Assembly: GCA_963816145.1 (NCBI GenBank)
Contig: CAWFJP010000009.1
Span: forward strand, 1 to 64,000
Direction of reading: 5' to 3'
Length of the DNA: 64,000 nucleotides
DNA from: an uncultured delta proteobacterium
GTDB lineage: Bacteria; Desulfobacterota; Binatia; UBA9968
The notes below the pieces were generated by a model that was given only the letters and a program-made list of their open reading frames with translations, did no database searches and was not told the origin of the DNA. Positions within the stretch are counted from its first letter, which is position 1. Each line of letters opens with the position of its first letter. Below, one piece after another: positions 50,038-59,726 of this stretch. A program made the position numbers and the translations under genes.

Positions 50038-51470
50038 GCCTGCGGCCGGTTACCCTCAGAGGGAGATTGATTCTGTGGTCGAGCGCCGTTCTGGCGGTGA
50101 TGCTGGCGCTGTCGGGCGTCGCTTCGCTGATGTTGCTCGACCGCAGCTTGCGCAGCAACGTGGATTCGTCGTTGGATTCCATCGGTCAAACGGTCGCCGG
50201 CGCGGCGCAACAAACAGCGGGTCCGGAATTAGGCCTCGATGAAACGCTGGAATCACTGCTCGGCGCCGAGCTTGCCCAGCGATTTTACGATCTACTGGAC
50301 CCTTCGGGACGGCGCGATCAGCGTTTGAGAGCGCGGCGCCGCGGGCAGTTGCCGCTGAGCATCGACGCTTTGCGTAACGCCGCACAAGGCGAACGCACCT
50401 TCGAAACTTTTCCTGCTCCCGATGGAAAGGGAAGTCCTATTCGTCTGCTCACGCTGCCGGTATTGAGCGAGGGTAGAGTGGTAAACATAGTCCAGGTTGC
50501 GATGTCCCTCGAAAGCGTTGAAGCCGCACGCCGCGGCTTCCTGCTGATTCTTTTAGGTTTGGCGCCGTTGGCACTGGCGGCCTCGGGGATAGGCGGTTGG
50601 TTTCTCGCGCGCCGCGCGCTTGCCCCTGTCGACGCTCTCGTCGAGTCGGCGCGTAAGATTGAAGCAGAAGACTTAACGCAGCGTCTACCTGCACCGCCGG
50701 GCCGGGACGAATTGGGGCGTCTTACGGAGGTGCTCAACGACATGCTCGGCCGCTTGGATCGCTCGTTTAGCGCGGTGCGTCGTTTTAGCGGCGATGCGGC
50801 CCATGAACTGCGCACGCCACTGACGATTCTCAAAGGTGAAATCGAAGTCGCGTTGCGCTCATCCGCCGACGGCTTGGAATTGCGCCGGACTCTGGAAAGC
50901 TGTCTGGAGGAAGTCGACCGGCTAAATTCCCTGATCGAAGATTTGCTGCTGATGACGCGCATGGACGGCAATGCGTTAAGTCTTGCGCTGCAGACAGTCG
51001 ACCTTGCCGAGGTCGCGCGCGATGTCACCCCCGCGGTGCAAGCCCTCGCCGAAAAGGTTGGCAGCCAATGCGCGCTTGTTGCAACGGCGCCGCTCTGGGT
51101 GCGCGGTTACGAGTCTTTGCTCTTTCGCCTGATCTTCAACCTCGCCGAAAACGCCATCAAATTCACGCCCGCTGGCGCTAAGATTGAAATCACTGTCAAA
51201 CCCAGTGACAGCGTGGCGATCATCGAGGTCCGCGACAACGGTCCGGGCATCCCCGTCGATCAGCAGGAGCGCATCTTCGAGCGCCTGTACCGTGGCGATC
51301 CAGCGCGGGAGGGCAGCGGCAGCGGGCTCGGCCTAGCTTTGGTTCGTTCGATCACGCAGCTTCATCACGGGAAAATTTCCCTGTCCAGCGCTCCCGGAGA
51401 AGGGGCCTGTTTCCGCGTCGAATTGCCGCTCGCCGCGGCGCCGAATGCGCCGGCGCCAAGCAAAGATTAG
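50034..51470 (+). CDS. HAMP sensor histidine kinase
   Basis: Two TMs, DELGRL, DAAHELRTPL, NLAENAIKF, DNGPGI, GSGLGL; ATGA overlap. Confidence 0.95.
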   Translation: MSLRPVTLRGRLILWSSAVLAVMLALSGVASLMLLDRSLRSNVDSSLDSIGQTVAGAAQQTAGPELGLDETLESLLGAELAQRFYDLLDPSGRRDQRLRARRRGQLPLSIDALRNAAQGERTFETFPAPDGKGSPIRLLTLPVLSEGRVVNIVQVAMSLESVEAARRGFLLILLGLAPLALAASGIGGWFLARRALAPVDALVESARKIEAEDLTQRLPAPPGRDELGRLTEVLNDMLGRLDRSFSAVRRFSGDAAHELRTPLTILKGEIEVALRSSADGLELRRTLESCLEEVDRLNSLIEDLLLMTRMDGNALSLALQTVDLAEVARDVTPAVQALAEKVGSQCALVATAPLWVRGYESLLFRLIFNLAENAIKFTPAGAKIEITVKPSDSVAIIEVRDNGPGIPVDQQERIFERLYRGDPAREGSGSGLGLALVRSITQLHHGKISLSSAPGEGACFRVELPLAAAPNAPAPSKD

Positions 51471-51504
51471 GGCATCTTCCCTGTTTTGTCTTGTGAGCAT
51501 GCAT

Positions 51505-51668
51505 CTCGGATTCGGAGATTTATCCCGCCAAGGCGCAAAGCTTGGATTTGTTGTCATATCGACCATAGGGAGAAATCATTCTTAGATCCCTCGTTTGCGC
51601 TCGAGATGACGGACTTGGGTCCGTCATCTTTGCCGCCGTTGCGGCTTTGCGGCAGATAGTCCGAGCTT
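51505..51668 (-). repeat. Nested REP-like palindrome, inverted relative of 37180-37346
   Basis: cgccaaggcgcaaag...ttgttgtcat...gagaaatc...agatccctcg...gatgacgg...ttgcggctttgcg. Confidence 0.75.
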
Positions 51669-51706
51669 CTAGAACAGATTTTCCAGCCGAAAGCTTGAAC
51701 ATCCAC

Positions 51707-51744
51707 ATTAGAAAATTCTAATCCAATTCTAACTCTCCTCTAAT
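51707..51744 (+). promoter_or_regulatory. Putative response-regulator binding site upstream of htrA
   Basis: ttctaat/ttctaac/ctctaat at 51716, 51727 and 51738 (11-bp period), plus the palindrome attagaa-aa-ttctaat. Confidence 0.55.
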
Positions 51745-51812
51745 TTCGCGGTGTTAGTTTCGACGTCGAAAGATATAAACACCGTGGAAGTCATCCACGA
51801 AGGAGGAGAAAG

Positions 51813-53255
51813 ATGAAAAAGCGAACAGAAGTAATGGTTGCAGGCGCCTTGGTGGCCGGTTTGGGTGCGGGCGGGTTCGCCATAGGGCGGCTGACCCAGA
51901 TGCCGCTTGCCGGCGCGAATACGATGGGCAATGCCGCGACGCCGACCGTCAACGGTTCCTTGCCGTCGTTTGCCGACCTGGCGGCGAAGTTTTCGCCCAC
52001 GGTCGTGAACATAAAAGTAACAAAGATCGAACCGGTCGCCGATGACGGCAGCCCATTCGGCGAGGGATTTCCCTTCCCCGGCTTTGGCGCGCCGGCTCCG
52101 CGCGGGCCGGAAAGACGCCAGGGCGCCGGATCGGGTTTCATAATCCGCAAGGATGGACTGATCATTACCAATAACCATGTGGTGGAAAATGCCCAGCAGA
52201 TTTCGGTGACGCTGAGCGACAAACAGGAATACAAGGCAAAACTCGTTGGCCGCGATCCCAAGACCGACCTGGCGATCATCAAGATCGATGCGAAGTCGGA
52301 CTTGCCGGCGGCGCCGTTGGGCAACTCTGCGACCCTGCGCGTCGGCGAATGGGTGATGGCTGTCGGCAATCCCTTCGGCCTGAGCAACACCGTGACTGCG
52401 GGTATCGTCAGCGCTAAAGGCCGGGCGATCGGTGCGGGGCCCTACGACGATTATATTCAGACCGATGCGCCGATCAATCCGGGAAATTCTGGTGGCCCGC
52501 TGTTTAACGCTGCCGGCGAAGTGGTCGGAATCAATACCGCAATCTTCAGCCAGTCCGGCGGCAATGTCGGTATCGGCTTTGCGGTGCCGATCAACCAAGC
52601 GAAGGCTTTGTTGCCGGAGTTGGAGAGCAAGGGAAGCGTGAGCCGGGCCTGGTTGGGCGTGTCGATTCAGCCGATGACCCCGGAATTGGCTCGTTCACTC
52701 AATGTCGATAAGGCGCGTGGCGCACTCGTGGCCGAGGTGAACGACAAGAGCCCGGCGGAAAAGGCCGGGATCAAACGCGGCGATGTGATCGTCGCTTACG
52801 ACGGTAAGAATGTCGATCAGTCGGCGTCGCTGCCGGCGCTGGTGGCATCGAGCGCGGTCGGCAAGACCGTGCCGCTGGAGATCCTGCGCGATGGCAAAAG
52901 CCAGACGCTTAATGTCACGCTCGCCAAGCTCAAGGACGAATCGGTTGCTCTCGTCGGCAAACATGAGAAGAGCAATTGGGGCTTGTCGCTGCGCGAGCTG
53001 CGTCCCCAGGAACGGTCGCGGATGGGGCTAAAGGATCGTGACGGCGTGTTGATCGAAAATGTCGTACCCGATAGTCCGGCCGCTGATGCCGGAGTTCAAC
53101 CGGGCGATATCATCTTGCAGGTCAACCGAGTCTCGGTGGACAGTATCGAAGCCCTCAAGGCAGAAGTTGGCAAAGCGAAACCTGACAAGCCGCTCTTGCT
53201 GCTGCTGCGCAGAGCCGATGGCAATACTGGATACGTTGCCCTAGCCGCCAAGTAA
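51813..53255 (+). CDS. htrA: HtrA/DegP-family serine protease with two PDZ domains
   Basis: GSGFII, TNNHVV, TDLA, TDAPINPGNSGGPL, two PDZ domains. Confidence 0.95.
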   Translation: MKKRTEVMVAGALVAGLGAGGFAIGRLTQMPLAGANTMGNAATPTVNGSLPSFADLAAKFSPTVVNIKVTKIEPVADDGSPFGEGFPFPGFGAPAPRGPERRQGAGSGFIIRKDGLIITNNHVVENAQQISVTLSDKQEYKAKLVGRDPKTDLAIIKIDAKSDLPAAPLGNSATLRVGEWVMAVGNPFGLSNTVTAGIVSAKGRAIGAGPYDDYIQTDAPINPGNSGGPLFNAAGEVVGINTAIFSQSGGNVGIGFAVPINQAKALLPELESKGSVSRAWLGVSIQPMTPELARSLNVDKARGALVAEVNDKSPAEKAGIKRGDVIVAYDGKNVDQSASLPALVASSAVGKTVPLEILRDGKSQTLNVTLAKLKDESVALVGKHEKSNWGLSLRELRPQERSRMGLKDRDGVLIENVVPDSPAADAGVQPGDIILQVNRVSVDSIEALKAEVGKAKPDKPLLLLLRRADGNTGYVALAAK

Positions 53256-53272
53256 AACAAATTCCGCCTGCT

Positions 53273-53319
53273 CTACACCTGCCGGACGAGCCTGGGCGCC
53301 GTCCGGCAGGTGTAGTTTT
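53273..53319 (+). terminator. Rho-independent terminator
   Basis: 16-bp perfect stem ctacacctgccggacg / cgtccggcaggtgtag followed by TTTT. Confidence 0.85.
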
Positions 53320-53484
53320 GTCTCGCCGCACCGCGGTTTTCTCGCCTCGCTGCTAGTCGCCTTCAACGGGTTAAATTATTTGTCTGTGAGCGTGTTCTGC
53401 AAATCAATGTCCCGCTCGGGTGATGCCAGAAGGACTTCGTCTCTTCGACCGCGGTCGGGGCAGGCTTTAGTTGAAGTGAAGCTC

Positions 53485-53579
53485 CGTCATGCCGGCGCAG
53501 GCCGGCATCCAGTCTTTGTCTGATGGAGTTTCACTCTACTAGCGAAGAAACCTAGATTCCGGCATCCGCCGGAATGACG
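53485..53579. repeat. cgtcat...atgacg REP-like palindrome
   Basis: cgtcatgccggcgcaggccggcatccag ... ctagattccggcatccgccggaatgacg. Confidence 0.75.
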
Positions 53580-53785
53580 CAAGGCAAGTCGACTCCCAGT
53601 CGATTGCTTTTAGAACGCCTTGGCTCGGCGCCGTGTTGTTCAATTTGGCCGGGGACCGACAATTGCAGTCCGTTTTCTTGTACGGTGCGCTCAATTGTGA
53701 GATTTTCCGAAGATGAATCACCCCCAGGCGACAGTACAAACCAAATCGTTAACCGCGATGTCCTCCACTTCGCGCCATTCATAAT

Positions 53786-55084
53786 TTGAATTTCGAGGTT
53801 TTTTTGCCCAAGCGCCGTCGCATCAAACTGCCGTTCTGGAGCATTCCGATGATCTATGCGGCAGCCAGCCTCTTGGTCGGCCTTGTGCTTCCGCGCCTCG
53901 AATACCGCTATTTGGCAGACTACAAGCACGGCATGACGGTTGCGGCAGCGATTGCGGTTTTTTCTTCCGTCGCATCCGGGATGCTCGCCCTTACCGGAAT
54001 CATCTTTTCTCTGGCCTTCCTGATGGTGCAGTTTAGCAGCGTCGCTTATTCGCCCCGTTTGGTGTTGTGGTTCAGTCGCGATCCCGTGATTTCACACGGT
54101 ATGGGCATTTTTACCTCGACATTTATTTTTTCGCTGACGGTGCTGGCTTGGGTCGACCGGTATGGCTCTGGTAATGTGCCGCTTTTTTCCACCTGGTTGG
54201 TGGTACTTCTGGTTATCGCCAGCATTCGCGTCTTGGCGATCTTGGTGCAGCGCTTGACAATTCTCCAGGTGTCCGGAGTGATCGCTTTCCTCGGTAAGCA
54301 TGGTCGTCTGGCGATCGGCGAGATCTATCCTAACATGGCACTGCCGGCGGTTGATGAGCACGTAGCTAAACCTCGATCCGACGCATTGTCGGCAAGTCTC
54401 TCGGTGACGCAGCGCGTCATGCATACTGGCGCACCCATGGTGGTCGCCGATTACGACACCAAATCCTTAGTCAAGCTCGCAAGCGCAGCCGACGCCGTTC
54501 TGATCATGCCATTCGGTCTAGGCGATACCGTTTTTGAGGGAGATACTCTGATCGAGGTCCACGGCGGCCGGCACGCTATCGCGCCGGCAACTTTGCGCCT
54601 GGCCGTGCAGCTCGAGCAACAGCGCATATTCGAGGAAGACCCCAAATATGCCATTCGTCTGCTGGTCGATGTTGCCATCAAGGCGCTTTCTCCGGCCGTC
54701 AACGATCCCACGACGGCGGTGCAAGCGCTGGACCAAATTGAGGATCTATTGCGCCGATTAGGCACGCGCCATCTTGACGTGGGACAGGTGCCGGATGAGA
54801 CCGGCACCTTGCGTGTGATCTTTCCGACACCGACTTGGGACGATTTCTTGTCGTTGGCCTTTGACGAGATCCGTTTCTATGGCGTCAATTCGCTTCAGGT
54901 CATGCGCCGCTTGCGCGTGGCATTGTGCGACCTTGCCGGCGCCGTACCACGCGAACGGCAAACCGCGCTGCGCCATTACCTTGAGCACCTGGATATGAAC
55001 GTGCATAGCTCGATTTTGGATAGCGCTGACCAGAGGACCGCAATGCAACAGGATCGCCAAGGGTTGGGTCTGACGCGCAAGTGA
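53786..55084 (+). CDS. DUF2254 membrane protein
   Basis: QFSS.AYSPRL, DP....RLLVDVAIKALSPAVNDPTTAVQALD, F.EIR.YG. Confidence 0.88.
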   Translation: MNFEVFLPKRRRIKLPFWSIPMIYAAASLLVGLVLPRLEYRYLADYKHGMTVAAAIAVFSSVASGMLALTGIIFSLAFLMVQFSSVAYSPRLVLWFSRDPVISHGMGIFTSTFIFSLTVLAWVDRYGSGNVPLFSTWLVVLLVIASIRVLAILVQRLTILQVSGVIAFLGKHGRLAIGEIYPNMALPAVDEHVAKPRSDALSASLSVTQRVMHTGAPMVVADYDTKSLVKLASAADAVLIMPFGLGDTVFEGDTLIEVHGGRHAIAPATLRLAVQLEQQRIFEEDPKYAIRLLVDVAIKALSPAVNDPTTAVQALDQIEDLLRRLGTRHLDVGQVPDETGTLRVIFPTPTWDDFLSLAFDEIRFYGVNSLQVMRRLRVALCDLAGAVPRERQTALRHYLEHLDMNVHSSILDSADQRTAMQQDRQGLGLTRK

Positions 55085-55400
55085 GAGCCGGCCGCGCGGA
55101 AAAGATTCTCGATACGGAATAGTTCCGTTGCGAGCGTCGTGATAGCAGTCGGGTTCTGATTGATTAGTCGACGGCTCGCGGACCCGATCTTTTGCCTCAC
55201 CGCCTGCTATTGGACCAAGGTCCAATATACCGGATATCTTCTCTTTGATAGAGATAATTCAATCCCTAAACCAAAGTAAAGAATATTGCGCAGATCGATC
55301 ACGAATTGCGAACCTTAGGCGATTGTTATGAGCCGCTCGTGCCCCCCGGACGAGCGCGATCAGTTGTTATCAACACCGTAAACGTGAAGGAGCAAAGACC

Positions 55401-57776
55401 ATGAGTATAGAAGACAAAAAGCACCGTTCCCATTTACCGATGCCGAACACCCAGCGACCCCAGTTCATTGCCTACGACGCGAAGGATCCGGATAGCAAGT
55501 TCCCGCCCATCGAACAGCTGCGCCCGCCCAAGGGCGCGCCCAACGTGCTAATCGTCCTCATCGACGACGCTGGATTCGGCTCGTCGAGCGCCTTTGGCGG
55601 CCCCTGCCAGACGCCGGCCGCGGAGATGCTGGCGGCGAATGGCCTCAAGTACAACCGCTTCCACACCACCGCCCTGTGCTCGCCGACGCGCCAGGCGCTT
55701 CTGACTGGGCGCAACCACCACTCCTGCGGTATGGGCGGCATCACCGAGATCGCCACGGGCGCGCCGGGCTACTGCTCGGTTCGGCCCAACTCCATGGCTC
55801 CGCTGGCGGAGACGCTCAAGCTCAACGGCTACTCCACAGCGCAGTTCGGCAAATGCCACGAGGTGCCAGTCTGGCAGACGAGCCCGGCCGGGCCGTTCGA
55901 CGCCTGGCCCACGGGCGGCGGCGGATTCGAGTACTTCTACGGCTTCATCGGTGGTGAGGCGAATCAGTGGTACCCGACGCTTTACGAGGGCACCACGCCG
56001 GTCGAGCCGAAGAAGACGCCGGAGGAGGGCTATCACTTGGTGGAGGACATGACCGAGAAGGCCACGAAGTGGATCGCGCAGCAGAAGGCGCTGACTCCGG
56101 ACAAGCCCTTCTTCGTCTACTTCGCGCCTGGCGCCACCCACGCACCCCACCACGTGCCGAAGGAATGGGCCGACAAGTACAAGGGCAAGTTCGACCAGGG
56201 CTGGGACAAGCTGCGCGAAGAGACCTTCGCCCGGCAGAAGCAGCTCGGTGTCATACCAGCCGACTGCCAGCTCAGTGCGCGTTCCAATGAGATCCCGGCG
56301 TGGGATGAGATGCCGGAAGCCTTCAAGCCGGTGCTGCGCCGCGAGATGGAGGTCTACGCAGGTTTCATGGAGTACACCGACCACCACGTCGGCCGTATCC
56401 TGGACGGGCTGAAGAAGCTCGGCATCTTCGACGACACGCTCGTTTACTACATCATCGGCGACAATGGCGCCTCGGCCGAGGGGGGGATCAACGGTTGCTA
56501 CAATGAGATGAGCTACTTCAACCAGCTGCAGTCCCTCGAGACTCCGGAGTATCTTACCGAGCGGCTCGACAAGCTCGGCGGGCCGGAGTCTTACAACCAC
56601 TATGCCGTGGGCTGGGCGCACGCCATGGACACCCCGTATCAGTGGACTAAGCAGGTTGCCTCGCACTGGGGCGGGACGCGCAACGGCACGATCGTTTCCT
56701 GGCCCAAGGGCATCAAGGCCAAAGGAGAGATTCGTTCGCAGTTCCACCATGTCATCGATGTGGCGCCCACAGTCCTCGAAGCGGCCGGAATCCCCGAGCC
56801 GGTCTCGGTGAACGGCCTCCAGCAGGAGCCGATCGAGGGCGTCAGTATGTTGTACTCGCTCAACGACCCCAAGGCAGCAGAGCGACACGAGACCCAGTAT
56901 TTCGAGATGTTCGGCAATCGCGGCATCTACCACAAGGGTTGGACCGCGGTTACGAAACACCGAACTCCCTGGGCCCCCATGAACGCGAGACCCCCGGCCT
57001 TCGACGATGACGTCTGGGAGCTCTACGACACCACCAAAGACTGGAGCCAGGCCAACGATCTGTCCAAGCAGATGCCGGAGAAACTCCACGAGCTACAGCG
57101 CCTCTGGCTGATCGAGGCAACGCGCTATAAAGTGCTGCCTCTGGACGACCGGATGATGGAGAAGATGAACCCAGACACCGCCGGCCGGCCGGTACTGATC
57201 AAGGGCAAAACCCAGCTACTGTTCGGCGGCATGGGTCGCCTGTCGGAGAACTGCGTCCTCAACCTCAAGAACAAATCGCACTCCGTTAGCGCCGAGATCG
57301 TGGTGCCCGAGAAGGGGGCCGAGGGCGTGATCATCTCCCAGGGGGCGAACATCGGCGGCTGGAGCCTGTACGCCAAGAACGGCAACCTCAGATACTGTTA
57401 CAACTGGGGCGGCTTCAAGCACTTCATCGTCGAAGGTACAACCCCGATCCCCACGGGCGAGCACCAGGTGCGCATGGAGTTCGCCTACGCCGGCGGGGGC
57501 CTGGGCAAAGGCGGTAAGGTAACGCTGTACACCGATGGCAAGAAGATTGGTGAGGGAGACATTGGGGCAACACTGGCAATTGTATTCTCCGCCGATGACG
57601 GTTGCGACGTCGGCGAGGACAGCGGCGCACCGGTTTCCCCGGACTACGGCCCCCAGGGCAACGCCTTCAACGGCACGGTCAAGGGCGTGCAGCTTGCGAT
57701 CGCCGACGCCGCGGAGAACGCCGATCATCTGGTCAAGCCGGAGGATGCCATCAGCGTCGCGATGGCGCGGCAGTAA
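55401..57776 (+). CDS. Cys-type arylsulfatase (AtsA/AtsD-like, no signal peptide)
   Basis: PNVLIVLIDD, CSPTRQALLTGR (CxPxR), GKCH, GDNGAS, GGTR. Confidence 0.95.
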   Translation: MSIEDKKHRSHLPMPNTQRPQFIAYDAKDPDSKFPPIEQLRPPKGAPNVLIVLIDDAGFGSSSAFGGPCQTPAAEMLAANGLKYNRFHTTALCSPTRQALLTGRNHHSCGMGGITEIATGAPGYCSVRPNSMAPLAETLKLNGYSTAQFGKCHEVPVWQTSPAGPFDAWPTGGGGFEYFYGFIGGEANQWYPTLYEGTTPVEPKKTPEEGYHLVEDMTEKATKWIAQQKALTPDKPFFVYFAPGATHAPHHVPKEWADKYKGKFDQGWDKLREETFARQKQLGVIPADCQLSARSNEIPAWDEMPEAFKPVLRREMEVYAGFMEYTDHHVGRILDGLKKLGIFDDTLVYYIIGDNGASAEGGINGCYNEMSYFNQLQSLETPEYLTERLDKLGGPESYNHYAVGWAHAMDTPYQWTKQVASHWGGTRNGTIVSWPKGIKAKGEIRSQFHHVIDVAPTVLEAAGIPEPVSVNGLQQEPIEGVSMLYSLNDPKAAERHETQYFEMFGNRGIYHKGWTAVTKHRTPWAPMNARPPAFDDDVWELYDTTKDWSQANDLSKQMPEKLHELQRLWLIEATRYKVLPLDDRMMEKMNPDTAGRPVLIKGKTQLLFGGMGRLSENCVLNLKNKSHSVSAEIVVPEKGAEGVIISQGANIGGWSLYAKNGNLRYCYNWGGFKHFIVEGTTPIPTGEHQVRMEFAYAGGGLGKGGKVTLYTDGKKIGEGDIGATLAIVFSADDGCDVGEDSGAPVSPDYGPQGNAFNGTVKGVQLAIADAAENADHLVKPEDAISVAMARQ

Positions 57777-57990
57777 CAAGAGGGACGAGTGTCGGAGGTC
57801 GAGGGAAGACGGAACGAGGGTCGGGGATTTCATTTTAACAGGAGCAAACGGAGAGAACGGAGAAATTTTTCAAGCCTCTGCTTCCTCTGTTACCTCCTGT
57901 AAACAAGTGACGGGTGACGAGTTTTGTCTTTCTTTCCCTCGACACCCGACACTTGCCCCCTTATGCCAATTAGGAGTGACGTAGTCACCC

Positions 57991-58344
57991 ATGCGGAACT
58001 TGATCGACCTTGCCGCGCAAGGAATAGAAACATTCGCCGTGGCGATCATCGTGATCGCTATCGTCCATGGCAGCATACGGTACCTATTTCATCTTAACCG
58101 GCACGTGGCGGATGCGTACGATCAGTACAAAAGTCAACTTGGTAAGGCGCTGTTGCTGGGACTGGAATTTCTCGTGGCCGCTGACGTTGTTCGGACGGTG
58201 GTTCTTGAACCGACGCTGAACAATGTGGCTATACTCGGCTTGCTGGTGATGATCCGGACCTTTTTGAGCTGGTCGTTGGTCGTCGAGATCGAAGGGCGGT
58301 GGCCGTGGCAAGGTGGCGAGGGGCGGAAGAACAGTGGTCAGTAG
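57991..58344 (+). CDS. DUF1622 membrane protein
   Basis: LG.ALLLGLEFLVAAD..RT, IRTFLSWSL..EIEGRWPW. Confidence 0.9.
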   Translation: MRNLIDLAAQGIETFAVAIIVIAIVHGSIRYLFHLNRHVADAYDQYKSQLGKALLLGLEFLVAADVVRTVVLEPTLNNVAILGLLVMIRTFLSWSLVVEIEGRWPWQGGEGRKNSGQ

Positions 58345-58598
58345 TCAGTGAACCTAAAGAGGTTTCAGGGTTCAGCTTGCGACGACGAGGAAAATCTATT
58401 TAACAGGAGCAAACAGAGGTAACGGAGAATGTTTTTGATCTATTCGGTTTTCTCTGTTGCCTCCTGTGAACAAGTGACGGGTGTCGAGCGTCGCGTGAAA
58501 AACCAAGGACATGGAGTGCAGAACAAAGTAAGGTGAATAGTTGCTGTTCTCTTCTCCCCTCGACACTCGTAACTTAGAGCAGAGGACACTGTAAAACG

Positions 58599-59003
58599 AT
58601 GGACGACTTGTTCAACTGGGTTTTGGGCAACCTCGTCGGGCGGGTGGATGGGCCGCTAAAGTTTCGAATCGTCCTGCAGCCGGCGGTGGCCATGGTTTTC
58701 GCAATCCACGACGGCTTGAAAGATGCCCGCGAAGGTCGCATTCCCTATTTTTGGGCGATCCTCAAGGAGCCTAGGCGCAGCGGCAGGTTGATCCGTGAAG
58801 GCTGGCACAGGGTGATAAAAGTTTTTATCCTCGCAGCTCTCATGGACCTGATTTATCAGTACCTGGTTCTTGGCTGGTTGTACCCGGTAGCGGCGCTGTT
58901 TATTGCATTCATATTGGCCTTTTTTCCGTATCTTATGATTCGCGGTTCGGTGAATCGGATAGCGCGGCACCACTGGAATCACGCGCCGGACAAAAAGCTT
59001 TAA
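58599..59003 (+). CDS. Conserved hypothetical membrane protein
   Basis: R..GPL.FR.VLQP, DG.KDA..G..P.FW, PY...RG.VNR. Confidence 0.75.
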   Translation: MDDLFNWVLGNLVGRVDGPLKFRIVLQPAVAMVFAIHDGLKDAREGRIPYFWAILKEPRRSGRLIREGWHRVIKVFILAALMDLIYQYLVLGWLYPVAALFIAFILAFFPYLMIRGSVNRIARHHWNHAPDKKL

Positions 59004-59009
59004 ACACCC

Positions 59010-59474
59010 ATGCCGGAAGCCAGTGACACGACGAACGGCTTGCTCGATCGGATTCGCCTATGGTTTGGAATGACGGCTCCAGTCCCGGACCAGCCCAAGC
59101 GTCCGATTGACGTGAGCACAAGGCTCGCCTATGAGCGTACTTTTCTTGCCCATGAGCGGACTCTGATGGCCTGGGTCAGAACATCGTCGTCGTTGATCAC
59201 CTTCGGTTTTTCGATTTACAAATTTTTCCAACTTGAGCGCGGGATGGGCAATCAGTTCGCATCCGCTCAGGTCCTCGGGCCGCGCCAGTTCTCGATGATT
59301 TTGATTATCATCGGAGTTGTCGCGCTGGTGCTGGCGACGATCCAGCATCGGCGTCAACTGCAGATGCTCAAGCTGGAATACGAAGAGGCTCCGACATCGA
59401 CGGCGGGAATAGTCGCCGGATTGATTTCAGTGTTGGGGCTTCTGGCAATTCTCGCGGTTATCTTTCGCTTGTAA
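59010..59474 (+). CDS. DUF202/YidH membrane protein
   Basis: TRLAYERTFLAHERTLMAWVRT...LITFGF. Confidence 0.9.
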   Translation: MPEASDTTNGLLDRIRLWFGMTAPVPDQPKRPIDVSTRLAYERTFLAHERTLMAWVRTSSSLITFGFSIYKFFQLERGMGNQFASAQVLGPRQFSMILIIIGVVALVLATIQHRRQLQMLKLEYEEAPTSTAGIVAGLISVLGLLAILAVIFRL

Positions 59475-59726
59475 GCGTCTCGGCGCGAGTTCCGAGAAGT
59501 GACGATGGTCGGGTGTCGGGGGGGGGGAGATTTCGGGTTGCGCGGTTGAGGAGGTGACAGGTCAGGGGGGGCATCGCATATGTCTTTTCGGTCATATTGC
59601 TGCTAGGTTGATTTGGGGCAGTGTCGATCGTCGGCCGCGCGGCGCCGGCGCGGCAAGGGCTGAAGGTCTATAGCGGCAGGCGCATCCTGACGAGATAAAT
59701 TTTACCGGGGGCGGGCTTCGGGCAAT

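Noticed and set aside
55548-57089. 513-aa minus-strand ORF
   Set aside because: Antisense shadow caused by the high GC3 of the sulfatase gene.
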